Assembly (NCBI GenBank): GCA_963665115.1 | Contig: OY762007.1 | Coordinates: 7,840,001 to 7,904,000, forward strand | Direction: 5' to 3' | DNA from: an uncultured Rivularia sp. | Lineage (GTDB): Bacteria > Cyanobacteriota > Cyanobacteriia > Cyanobacteriales > Nostocaceae | Length of the DNA stretch: 64,000 bases | Part shown: piece after piece, positions 1 through 10,897 of the stretch | Layout: every line of letters begins with the position of its first letter | How positions within the stretch are numbered: position 1 is the stretch's first letter | The notes under the pieces: generated by a model | Told to the model about the DNA's origin: nothing | Databases searched by the model: none | The model's input: only the letters and a program-made list of their open reading frames with translations | Translations under genes and position numbers: made by a program

Positions 1-1306
1 CATTCCCCTTAATGGTAATGATATTATCTTCTGTCATATTCAATTTTTCGTAAGTCGGACTTGGGGTATGTTGCGGTAATAAATGAATATCATTAATACT
101 GAAATGATAGTTAACTTTTCCGTTTTTATTCCTACTCCATATTTTCGCTTTAAAAACTATTTCTTGATGCTCGTGTTTAGCAATTTCTTCAATATCTAGG
201 ATATATTCGTCTGCCAGTTTTTCATCAAAAGGTATTCCCTTCAATACCTTAAAATTGTTGTAGTAATAAAACCTATATCCTGGATAAAGTTGTTCGCAAG
301 CATTAATCATCCATTGCGTTCCACAAGTAGCAGGTAAAACTGGCTTTCCACCGACTATATGATCTTGTATAAAAGGATTGGCTGCTTCCGTTAATCGTCG
401 ATGAATGCGATAACTTCTTAACTGAGAATTTAATTTGGGCGGAGGTGGAGAAATTGGACTACCAATTACAACTTGTGTCGAATCTCGGTAAGAATCATGA
501 AGTTCGTTGACTAACATTTTCGCTCCCGCTTCTACCGGAATAATTTCAATTCCTCTACGGGCAAATTCCTTTTTTAATTCCGGTGTTACCATACCGCTAT
601 CCCAGCCACCCCAATTGATAGCCACTACATGACATTGGGGATACTGTTGTTTGAGCAGATGAGCCGATTTATTCAGAATTTCATTAGCTAAAGCGTAATC
701 TGATTGACCGACATTGCCGTAAAACCCGGCAATAGAAGAGTATAAAACTAAATGTTCCAATTGAGGAAGATTGACGCAGCTAAGAAGATTTTCTAAACCT
801 TGAATTTTAGCACTGTAAACTTTTTCAAAGTCTTCTTCAGTTTTCTTTTCAATTAACTTATCAGCTAAATTACCCGCACCATGAATAATACCAGTTATTT
901 CACCCATACTTTCGGTAACAGCGGTTAGTTGCTGTTGTAAATCGTGAGTATTTGTAACATCAACGCTAATATATTTAGCCTCACCTCCTACTTGTTTAAT
1001 TGTTTCTAAAGTTTGTTTTATTTCGCGGTCAGAAATAATTTGATTATAAATCTTTTTCACCTGTATGGGAGTAGGTTTTTCTCCCCGTTCGAGCAAATAT
1101 TCCATAATCCGTTTTTTTAAAACTGCTTCATCAAAGCAATTATTTGCAAATAAAGGTTCGGACTCTAAAAGTTGCGAACGACCTAGTAAAATAAACTTAC
1201 ACGGATATTGCCTTGCCAATTCAATCGCACATTTTGCAGTAATTCCTTTAGCTCCACCACTAACAAGGAAAACCGATTCGGGACGAATTGAAGTTGCTGT
1301 TTTCAT
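1..1306 (-). CDS. hglG: Heterocyst glycolipid synthase ketoreductase/dehydratase (HglG-like), 3' end outside window
   Basis: Manual translation from ATG at 1306 (not in ORF track): MKTATSIRPESVFLVSGGAKGITAKCA...GIIHGAGNLADKLIEKKT...SSIAGFYGNVGQSDYALANE...AINWGGWDSGMV...NPFIQDHIVGGKPVLP (PKS KR motifs, then DH HxxxGxxxxP); downstream of hglE. Confidence 0.9.
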   Translation of the reverse strand, partial: MKTATSIRPESVFLVSGGAKGITAKCAIELARQYPCKFILLGRSQLLESEPLFANNCFDEAVLKKRIMEYLLERGEKPTPIQVKKIYNQIISDREIKQTLETIKQVGGEAKYISVDVTNTHDLQQQLTAVTESMGEITGIIHGAGNLADKLIEKKTEEDFEKVYSAKIQGLENLLSCVNLPQLEHLVLYSSIAGFYGNVGQSDYALANEILNKSAHLLKQQYPQCHVVAINWGGWDSGMVTPELKKEFARRGIEIIPVEAGAKMLVNELHDSYRDSTQVVIGSPISPPPPKLNSQLRSYRIHRRLTEAANPFIQDHIVGGKPVLPATCGTQWMINACEQLYPGYRFYYYNNFKVLKGIPFDEKLADEYILDIEEIAKHEHQEIVFKAKIWSRNKNGKVNYHFSINDIHLLPQHTPSPTYEKLNMTEDNIITIKGN

Positions 1307-1422
1307 GAGTTTTTATGTAACAAAATATGATAACTGATGTTTGTTTGTAGTAAAGAATGCGCGTCATTTAAACTTTTTTCAGCGAAAACAACACTTACTA
1401 CGAACTTATTAAAAATTAACCT

Positions 1423-2004
1423 TTAACCTTTAAACTGTTCAACTTGTTCAATCGGTAATTGTCGAAAATTAATGTAATTATCGCGTCTATCGTTGAAACG
1501 TTCTTTTCTAATAGCAGATACAACCGCGAATGTAGTAAACGTGAAAAAAGTTACCATCAATGCTATTAGTATTGGAATCAATTGGTCGGTATCGCTATTG
1601 TTCGTGTTATTCCTATTGCTAGTATTATTTCTATCAGAAGTACTAGATGTATTGTTCCGATCGGAAGTACTAGATGTATTAGGTGTATGCCTTGCAGTCG
1701 GTTGAGGAGTTACGCTACTTGTACTGCCAACCAGTGTAATATCGCCTAAATCATGCTTATCTCCAGGTGAATTAATTTTTGATTTGTGGGTTTGATAACC
1801 GTTCGCTTCTACTGTTATCTGTCCCTGGAGAACTCCTTTGCTATCGGTAATTGCTGTAAATCGGTAAATTCCTTCGATATCGCTATAGGAAGCCACAGAA
1901 TTACCCTCATTTCCATCAAATGTGACCTTTGCCGCGCTAATAGGCGCTTGTTTGCTCCAATCAACAACACGACCAATATAATTAGCTTTTTGATTTCCAG
2001 ACAT
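1423..2004 (-). CDS. Hypothetical protein: carboxypeptidase-regulatory-like beta-sandwich, Ser/Thr/Asn-rich linker, C-terminal TM helix
   Basis: GRVVD...PISAAKVT...SDIEGIYRF...ITVEANGY pattern, repeated SSTSDRNNT, hydrophobic [21 protein letters not shown]. Confidence 0.75.
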   Translation of the reverse strand: MSGNQKANYIGRVVDWSKQAPISAAKVTFDGNEGNSVASYSDIEGIYRFTAITDSKGVLQGQITVEANGYQTHKSKINSPGDKHDLGDITLVGSTSSVTPQPTARHTPNTSSTSDRNNTSSTSDRNNTSNRNNTNNSDTDQLIPILIALMVTFFTFTTFAVVSAIRKERFNDRRDNYINFRQLPIEQVEQFKG

Positions 2005-2143
2005 GGTATATTAGTTTGTAATTCAAAACTCCTAACTTTGAAGACGGAGTTCCGAGTAGTTTAAGGAAGTTGTAAACATTTACCTTCTTTGGCTTATAAG
2101 GACTCCTTTTCCCAACCCCCAACCCCCAACTCCTAGTTCCCAG

Positions 2144-2171
2144 TAGAGACTTCGCAATTGCGAAGTCTCTA
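2144..2171. repeat. 28-bp perfect palindrome, GTAG-type REP-like element
   Basis: TAGAGACTTCGCAA|TTGCGAAGTCTCTA; related to copies at 34838 and 41006. Confidence 0.85.
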
Positions 2172-2180
2172 TTGCTTTTT

Positions 2181-2398
2181 GGGTAATGGGTAATGGGTAA
2201 TGGGTAATGGGTAATGGGGCATTGGGCATTGGGCATTGGGGATTGGGCATTGGGCATGGGAGAGAAGGGGAATTTTAGCCTTTAACCTTTAACCTTAATT
2301 ACTCCTAACTCTTCTTTTCAATCCAAAATCTAAAATCCAGTGCCCTAGTTCCCAACCACTAACAACTAACCACTAACCACTAACCACTAACCACTAAC
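2181..2398. repeat. STRR heptamer tandem repeats (GGGTAAT, GGGCATT, ACTAACC)
   Basis: Directly visible 7-mer arrays between hglE and the next gene. Confidence 0.9.
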
Positions 2399-5300
2399 TG
2401 TAATAGTCATTCTTCCTTGGGTACCGTAGCCAACCTCAGTGATTAAACGATTAGGATCGTGTAGTTCGGCTTGGATGTGGTTAACGCAGTTTTGGGGGTC
2501 GATTTGGGGGTGTATGTCAATTGCTCTACAAAAGACTTGTCCCCATTCCCAAGTAAGTGTTTTGGTTAATCCGAATAATCCACCAGCAATAGGACCAAAG
2601 TTGACTTTTTGTTCTAATCCAAATGCGCCATCGAGTCGAGTTACCGTACAGAAGCAGCTATATCCACTTTCTGCTGCTGCATTGAGGGATTTTTTGAGAT
2701 GCTTGGCAATGAAGAACACAAGTTTGGCGATCGCCTTTTCTTCTGGGGAGTAGTTTATATGGTTGGGAGCAGCGTTAAATATGGGATGAATATGGATGAA
2801 AGCTCCTATGGAACCGCAATTATCTGCAATTGCTTCTAGCTGTTGCTGTAGATGCTTTTCGCTGATGTCTTCTAAAATTATGTTTTTGATATTGCTCGAT
2901 AGTACCGAACGTCCGGGAACTATCGATTGGGGAAAGCTTAAAACTACGACTTTCAAACCCTTTTTTGTTAATGATTCGGCTAAAGCGGAGGTGGTGAGGG
3001 AGCCATCATCGGTAATAATAGTGATGCTTCCCTCTGGTAGTGCAAATTCTAAAAAATCGGGTTCGGGAAGGAATTGCAATTTTGCGGGATGTCTTGCAAC
3101 TCCCCCGATTTCATTTAATGGTTGGCTGATGTCAGAATGTAGCTTTTTTTTTTCACCTCCAGATAATGTCTGGAGATACTCAACTATTTGTCCGATTGTC
3201 CTTAGTTCGCTTACTTCTTCTAAGTTATCGGGTTTGGGTAAATCCGGGTATGCTTCTTGTAATGCACCCATGATTTCTACCCGTTTAATGGAATCAATAC
3301 CCAAGTCGGCTTCCATATCCATTTCCATTTCCAGCATTTCGACAGGATAACCCGTCTTTTCGCTGGTTATTTCTAGCATGGTTTGACCGAGGTTGCTCGT
3401 ATCAACGCTGGTTGAAACGATTTCTGTGCTTAGTTCAATATCACTATTGCTTTCTACGGTTTCGACTTCTTCGGGTTCTACAACTGTTTCGGGAAGGGAA
3501 ATATCAACTATAGGTTGACTAACTTCAATTTCAGCAGTTTGTATTTCAACGGTGCTGCTATTAGAAGAACCAAGAGATTGTAGATATTCTACGATTTGAC
3601 CAATAGTACGCAGTTCGCTTAGTTCTTCTACGTTATCGGACTTGGGTAAGTCAGGATACATCTCTTGCAATGCACCCATGATTTCTACCCGTTTGATGGA
3701 ATCGATGCCCAGATCGGCTTCCATATCCATATCCATCTCTAGCATTTCTACCGGATAACCCGTTTTTTCACTGGTGATAGCTAGGAGGTTTGTATCTAAA
3801 CCTGATAAGTCTACGGATGGAGAGGTGGCGAGATGGGAGGAAGGGGAGATGGGGAGAGTGGAACCATTCGTTGGGATTTCTTCTGTTACTGTATTTTCTA
3901 AAGTTGGTTGTGTAACTTTTTTTGTGGCAGCGACTACAGGTTCTGGTTTTGGTTCTGGTTTGGTTTCAACTATTGGCGTATTACCATTAGCTGGAGTTTC
4001 TTGGGTGACGGTATTTAGTACGGTTGGTTGTGAAGCTTTATTGGTAACGGGTACACTCAAGCTTGTTTTAACTTCTGCCTGGGTAATATCTTCGTTTTGA
4101 ATTACCTGTTCGTATTCTTGCTGGATGTGTTGGAAGAAGTTTTTGGTGTATTCTACTTGATTTTGTAGATACTGTTCGTGAACTTTGAGGGTATCTCCTT
4201 GATGGCTGTGGAACTGAACCATACCGCGCTCTAAGCTTTCGATAATTTTTGGCTTGAGTGTTTCGGCGGATTCAGTTTTAGCAAACAAAGAATTCTGCTG
4301 CCCCATCAATTGGAAAAATGTTTTAATATATTCCACTTGATGGTTGAGGTATTGAGCGTGAACTTGCAAATTCTCGCTTTGATTTTGTCCAAATTGAGTT
4401 AAGACGTATTCCAAGCTTTCTAAAACTTGTTCGTAATTTATTAGTTCGTTAGGCTTACTTTGCATATGCATATTTAATTTAGAAGTTGAATGCGAAGCGG
4501 GGGAGGGAGAGGGGGTGGAGGGGGTGGAGGAGGGAGAGGGGGTAGAATTTTCTATCTTGTTTCCTTGTTCCCTTGTTTCCTTGTCCTCTTCGATTGCTAC
4601 TGCTTTGTTATGTCCGTTTCCGTTGTTGTGATTAGGGATGGAGTCATGAGAAGAAGTGAAATTTTCTATATTCTCTCCTTGTCCCTTTTTCTCCTTATCT
4701 CCGTTACCGTTGCTGTTAACAGAAGCACTCGGAGTTACTGAAACAGTTGCTGTGTCGGATAAGGTAGAAATCTCTACTTGATGAGGTTCGCTAATAGCTT
4801 TTTCCCATCTCTGCTTTGTTTTCTCGGATACATAGTTGCTACCGTTTAATTTGATATTCAATCCTTTTTTAGTTTCAGCAGGTTTTACTGGTACTAATTG
4901 ATAGGGATCGAGATTTTTCAAAGTTATCCCGGCAACTCGTAACTGGATTACAGCTTCTCTTAAACAGTAGTCGCTGTCCTTTCTGGGACTTGAATTTAAA
5001 GCAATTGCCATGTGGGGGCGATCGCCTAATATATCTTTGACTAAATTGGTGAGAATTTTTCTAGGGCCGAATTCTACGAAGCAGTAACCGCCGTCTGCAT
5101 AGATGTTTTCGATTTCCTGTTTAAATAATACTGAATTGGATAGTTGTGATTCAAGGGTTTTTTGGACTTCTGCGGGTTCTGTTGAATGCTGTTTCCCTGT
5201 AACGTTGGTGTAGACGGGGATTGTGGGAGATTTAAAGGTAACGCTTTTGGTTGCGATCGCGAATGATTTCTGAGCGAAGGCTATCAATGGTGTGTGGAAT

Positions 5301-7790
5301 GCTGCGGCTACTGGTAACACTACAGCGGCACATCCGGAGTCGTGCAGAATCTTTTGCAGTTGATGAATTTCCGGTGTGGGGCCAGCTAATACAACTTGAC
5401 GGGGTGAGTTCAAGTTGGCAATTTGGATTTCGGGATACTGCTTGAGTACTGATTCGATTTTTCCTATGTCTTCTTTTACCGCCAACATTGCGCCGGTATC
5501 GTAGTTAGGATCTTCGGGTGCTGCCATTGCTTGGCCTCTAGCTTTGACTAAGGCGCAATAATCTGCGTCGCTCAAAGCTTGACTTGCCCACAGTGCTGTT
5601 AGTTCTCCGAAACTATGTCCGGCAACAAAATCAGGTTGAAATCCGGCTTGTTGCAGTACTTTATAGTATCCCGCGCTCAACATTCCGATAGCTGGCTGGG
5701 CGTATTCGGTGCGTTGCAATGCCGCGATTTGAGCGTTTTTATCGTTTTCTCCAAATACTGGGTGGGGAAAAACAATTTCAGAAAGCGGTTGCAAATTATC
5801 TTTAAGCAACAAGCTGTCCATGTAGCCGTATAGTTGGCGCAACTGGGGGAAGTTCATTAATACTTCTTTACCCATGTTGAGATATTGCGAACCTTGCCCG
5901 GAGAACAATGCAACTACTTTCCCCTTTAAATCCATACCTTCGGAACGGTAATGTATTCCGGTAGGATGTTCCCATTCGGTTGCCGATGGTTTGTTTTTCA
6001 GTAAGTCGATGGTTACTTGGAGTCTTTTACAAGTCTCCGATAAAGAGGATGCAACAAACCCAATTCTTGCGCTAGATTGAGGAATTTCTTTGAATTTGCT
6101 CGCTTCTACCAGTTCGGAATAATGTTTATTTGCTGCGGTAGATTGCAACTTTTCTAAAGTCTGTTCGCAAGTTTTTAATAATTGAGTGCGATCGTCTTCA
6201 AACAACAGCACTTGAGCGGGTGCATTATGCAAGCGATATGCACTATTGTGGTCGCTGTTATATTCTTCTAAGACTACATGATAATTGGTTCCACCAAAGC
6301 CAAAAGAGCTTACACCAGCACGTCTGGGGGCTTCAGAGCTAGGTGAAATCCAAGGACGAGTTTCTGTATTTAAGTAAAAGGGAGAATTCTTGATATTCAG
6401 TTTAGGATTGGGCACCGTAACGTTGATGCTCGGTGGCAATACCTTGTGATGCAGCGCCAAAGCTGTTTTAATCAAGCTAGCCGCACCAGCCGCAGCTTTA
6501 GTGTGTCCAATTTGCGATTTAACGCTACCCAATGCAATGTGCTGTCCTTTGGAATTGTCTTGGCTGAAATATTCCCGCAAAGATGCAAACTCGGTGGGGT
6601 CGCCCGCCATAGTCCCGGTACCGTGGGCTTCTACTAAATCTACAGTCAGAGGATCGAACCCTGCATCTTCATAAGCGCGTTGCAAAGCTTTGATTTGTCC
6701 TTCTTTACGGGGTGCGTAAATACTCTTAAATCTGCCGTCGCTAGAAGTACCAATACCCTTGATAACTGCATAGATTTTATCGTTATCTCTTTGGGCATCC
6801 GACAAACGCTTGAGAACTATCATTCCCAAACCTTCACCTAACATCATCCCGTCGGATTTTGCATCAAAAGGTTTAACTTTGTCGCCAGGAGAAACCGCAG
6901 GTGTTTTACTAAAACTGATATATGCTGAAACCGAATTATCTGTATCAACACCTCCAGTAAGCATCATATCGCTGCGATACTCTACCAATTCGGCGATCGC
7001 CATTTTTAAAGCAGCCAAAGAAACTAGCGCAAGCAGCATCCACCGTACAGTTAAGCCCGCCCAAGTTAAAGCGGTTGGCGATACGTCCAGAAATGACATT
7101 CGATAACATTCCGGGGAATGCATTCTCATCCCACTCAACGTAAGCACTTTGAATTTTTTCAATAATTTTTTGTGTATCTTCGTCAGATAAACCGCTGCTT
7201 TTTAAAGCTTTTCTCCATATGGGATACTGCAACCTCGAACTAAGCGGTACACCCAACTTCAAAGACGCTGAACCCAAGACTACTCCTACATTATCGCGGT
7301 TGAATTCGCGCTTTTCACTGTAGCCAGCATCTTCCATCGCTTCCTTCGCAACTACCAAACTTAATAGTTGCGAAACATCGGTAACTTCTAAAATATTCGG
7401 GGGAATACCAAATTCCATCGGGTTAAAGTCAACCTGGGGAATAAATCCACCCTTGTTACAATAAGTTTTATCTTCTTTTGTTCTAGGATTACTATCGTAA
7501 TAATCTTCTACATTCCAATGAGTTTCGGGAATATCGGTTATACAGTCTATTTCCGAGACAATATTCTGCCAATATTCTTGTATATTTCTAGCTTGAGGAA
7601 AAATTGATGCCATCCCAACAATGGCTATAGGATTATGTTGCAATTGTCTGTTAACTTTATTCATTGACATAGAATCTTTTGAGGGCATTTTTTCTTTGTT
7701 GACGTTAATAAACCTCTTCACAGCCTTTTCGCAATTGTTAATTTGTTCTTCCAATTGCGCCAATGCCTTATCGATGGATTGAGCCGACAT
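2387..7790 (-). CDS. hglE: Heterocyst glycolipid synthase HglE (PfaA-like type I PKS: KS-AT-ACP-ACP-KR-like), split by a +1 insertion at 7021-7023
   Basis: KS start PIAIVGMASIFP, active site VDAAC; removing one T restores DAACASSLAALKM and joins ORFs 6945..7823 and 2387..7162; EAHGTGT, KSQIGHTKAAAG, AT GHSFG and AFH, two ACPs with DLGIDSIKRVEI. Start at 7790 or 7670. Confidence 0.93.
5018..5025. repeat. HIP1 octamer GCGATCGC (representative; others at e.g. 6993, 18886, 36061, 48173)
   Basis: Recurrent throughout the window, a cyanobacterial hallmark. Confidence 0.9.
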
Positions 7791-8218
7791 AGGACATAAA
7801 ATAATTTGTATTGTTGCTTCCAAAAAGCGATTTAATCGAAACTGTAGCGACTATATAGTCATTTCTGCGGAAAAAACAGGTGGTTGCGATTAGTCCACAA
7901 GTAGTAATTTTGCGGAGCGATCGATTTCTACTCCCTACCTTTACCCGGCAATTTTGGGGAAGGTGAAGTACTAGTAACGACTATAAAATTCAGCTATACC
8001 TATCACGAGAAATAGATAGCATAGCTGCCCAATTAATTCAAAATTGGATAATAAACTTGGATAAGTAAATTATAAATACTTTTTCTCCAACAAAAATGTG
8101 AGAATAAGTGCAACCCCGATTAATTTGTTGTTTTAAAAATGTTTAGATAATTTCCCCTACCTATACTTTCCAATATTTTATCCCCATTGCGCGTCTATCT
8201 TAGGTTAGAGGAAACAAA

Positions 8219-8497
8219 CTAAATAACAGTTGTTTCGTGACATTCGGGCAAAAGGTCAATTACATTATTGAAGCTAGAAAAATAATCTTCTAATGCCTTT
8301 GCAGCTTGCCCAGTGAATTCCATCCATTCTTCTGGATGGTTATTGTAATACACGGTTTCCCATTCAAAAGGGGCAGGTTTGGGAGTAGCTACTAAAACAG
8401 AAACGCTATTCTTATCGGAGCCATTTTGATTATTAAACCTCACTGCGGCTATGTAATCCGTATTAATGACAACGTTCTGTATTTTAATAAATGCCAT
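8219..8497 (-). CDS. Small hypothetical protein of the hgl island (positional equivalent of Anabaena asr5349/asr5350)
   Basis: 92-aa ORF with ATG start between the ParB-like gene and hglE, same strand. Confidence 0.7.
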   Translation of the reverse strand: MAFIKIQNVVINTDYIAAVRFNNQNGSDKNSVSVLVATPKPAPFEWETVYYNNHPEEWMEFTGQAAKALEDYFSSFNNVIDLLPECHETTVI

Positions 8498-9277
8498 AGC
8501 TAATTTAAACGCCTTGGAAGATAATTTTATGAACTGTAAACAATAATGTTTGACAAGTAAGTTACAAAATCACACCATCTAAAATATTAAAAAGCATTAT
8601 TATAATACTTTATTTACTTGCACCAGTTAAACAATGATTTTATAGTCATAAATTGACAAATCATTACAGCTAAAAAACATAGTAATTAGACTGAATTTAA
8701 TTTTTAGTTATCCGTTACGAATGAACTAATCATTAAAAATCCAACTACCTGAGATAATTAGAATTAATACCAACAGTAGCACAGCTTAAATAAAGCAGAT
8801 GATACCGTTTTGAGCAATTAGGAAATAAATCTATAATTTTCAAACTGTTAATTAGAACAAAATTATCGCATTTACCGTATCAAAAAAAACTTCACATCTC
8901 TAAGGGTAATTGAACAAAAAGCCTAAAAAACATAAGCTCTTGTTTACTATGAAGTAGCTGTAAGTTTGTTGTAAAGGAATATCGGTAATTCTCAGGTACA
9001 GTTTAATATTGATTCTCTACAAAGCGTATTTATTCAAGGGAACATGATAATCAAAAAAAAATATCCGTAATCATTAATGGTTAAAAATCAAGTTAATATA
9101 TCAATTTCTAATATATCAATTTACATAAACAAAAATAGTTACTATTGATTATTTTAAGTTTTACGAATTGCTTGCAATGAAAAATTGCCAATTCAGATAC
9201 TTTCATTATTAGAAGAAAGAACAGATAAAAACTAAGCCAAATTAACGCATAGTTCGCTTTGAGCAGTTAGATAAAGA

Positions 9278-9483
9278 TTGGGGATTGGGGATTGGGAATT
9301 GGGAATGGGTAATTGGTAATTGGTAATTTATTAAACCCGCCTGCGCGGGTTTTGTTTGCGTAGCCGAGCGAGTGCGTTGGGCGGTGAAACACTTGCGGTG
9401 GAAGGGTTCCCCGGCATAAGCAAAGTGTTGAACCCGGAGGGGTTTCCCGACAGTACGGCAACTGGCGTGTGGTTTCAACCGCC
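9278..9483. repeat. STRR heptamers followed by nested small dispersed palindromic repeats
   Basis: GGGATTG/GGTAATT arrays, then AACCCGCCTGCGCGGGTT and inner AACACTTGC...GCAAAGTGTT hairpins; GC-rich island in AT-rich DNA. Confidence 0.75.
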
Positions 9484-9511
9484 AGGTATTTTCAACCCAC
9501 ATTCTCCCCTC

Positions 9512-10897
9512 TCAAAAATACAAATAATTAGAACGGGCTATCTTCTCGGGTTGTCTTTCCGTCCATCTTCCCCAACGGGATATTCCGCTACTAATTGCAG
9601 AAAGATTTTCGTCGCCGATAAAACAAACCCGTCGCATTTTTTCGCAAGTTATTAAAATTTCGCCGTTACCCATAAATGGTGCAATTACATAATTGTTTTG
9701 AGTTGTAAACATATTGATCAAATACTGTATTATCCCTTCCACGTTGTCCAAGTTGATTGGTATCTGTGGCTTGGATATTGCTTCTCGCGAAAAAATACCA
9801 ATGTATATTTTGCCCAGTAACAACTCGTACTGAAAATTCATCCGGGTGGTGCTGCAAAATTGATAAATATTGTTTTCCGAACGCAATACAGCTACGACGG
9901 CAGCTTCATCTACCAAATAATCGTGATTCCATGTATCTGAAAAAGTGGCAATCGCTAAAGCCGCGTTTGAGGGCAAGAGTCGAATAAAGTCTTTTTGAGC
10001 AGTATCACCGTAGTATACAAGATGGCGATTGCCTAAAGTCCATTTATCTCCAATTAATGAAGGCGACTCTTGATTAAAAATTAACGTGTTGAGAATTTTT
10101 GGCTGTTCCACTCTTTGTTGTTCCTTCTTAGTTCCGGACTTTGCCTGAAGTTCTGCCATTGCGCTGTGAAAGGCTTGTAGCTGCAATTCTTCTTGTTGAG
10201 CGCGTAATTTTGCAGCAATTTTGGCTTCTCGTTCAGCTTCTTGATAATTGCCTTTATTTTTCGCGACTTCATAAGCTTTTAAAGCTTTTTCTACTAAAAT
10301 TCGTTCTTTTCTACCAGTTCTAGCAATCAAAAGTAACGTGGTTTTTTTGTCCGCTATAGGGGTTTTCTGAATAATTTTCTGAATGTTTGGGGCTATATCT
10401 CTGGCTATCTGCTTATCATGTTGCCAACTGCGTTCGCTATAACCAGCTTGTTTTGCTAATTCCTGGGTGGTTTTGGGAGGTGGTGAAATAATTTCACTAC
10501 CATTTTCAGAAGCTTTGAGAGTGTATTGATTATCTCCTGCTTTTGCTCTCATTCCTAATTTAACAAGAATTTTTTCTCGTTCTAATACCAGCCTGCCTCT
10601 TTCAAGGGGTTCAAGCTCGTTACGAATTAAATTTTCGTCGATTTCGGCTAATCTGGCGTTTTCGTCGGAATCATAAGTAACTATATTGCATTCAACTTGT
10701 TTAAAACCTAGCAAAATCAGGGCTGTTAACCGATGCAATCCAGCAATCAAATTAAAATTGTGGTCTACCGTGATCGGATTGAGCAAACCATTCAACTCTA
10801 TAGATTTTTTTAACTGCTCGACTTTTTCATCATTAATAGGACGACGATTGTTACCGTATTTGATTTTTTCTATCGATACTTTAGATATTCCAGACAT
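9512..10897 (-). CDS. ParB/Srx N-terminal domain protein with degenerate DNA methyltransferase-like C-terminus (alr5348-like)
   Basis: GLLNPITV...LIAGLHRLTA...EIDENLIRNEL (ParB), HTH-like TTQELAKQAGYSERS, C-terminal GDKWTLGNRHLVYYGDT and APFMGNGEILITCEKMRR. Confidence 0.85.
   Translation of the reverse strand: MSGISKVSIEKIKYGNNRRPINDEKVEQLKKSIELNGLLNPITVDHNFNLIAGLHRLTALILLGFKQVECNIVTYDSDENARLAEIDENLIRNELEPLERGRLVLEREKILVKLGMRAKAGDNQYTLKASENGSEIISPPPKTTQELAKQAGYSERSWQHDKQIARDIAPNIQKIIQKTPIADKKTTLLLIARTGRKERILVEKALKAYEVAKNKGNYQEAEREAKIAAKLRAQQEELQLQAFHSAMAELQAKSGTKKEQQRVEQPKILNTLIFNQESPSLIGDKWTLGNRHLVYYGDTAQKDFIRLLPSNAALAIATFSDTWNHDYLVDEAAVVAVLRSENNIYQFCSTTRMNFQYELLLGKIYIGIFSREAISKPQIPINLDNVEGIIQYLINMFTTQNNYVIAPFMGNGEILITCEKMRRVCFIGDENLSAISSGISRWGRWTERQPEKIARSNYLYF

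Noticed and set aside
1982..2257. ORFs built from heptamer or purine-rich repeats (also 9242..9502, 15153..15338, 27527..27769, 33175..33378, 42091..42333) and repeat-derived N-terminal extensions of hgdA, glcF and 24642
   Set aside because: Translations such as PITHY, NSQFP and GVGS are STRR read-throughs; better ATG starts exist downstream for the real genes
2439..7106. Plus-strand ORFs opposite hglE and similar antisense ORFs across the window
   Set aside because: Shadow frames of well-supported genes with no motifs of their own
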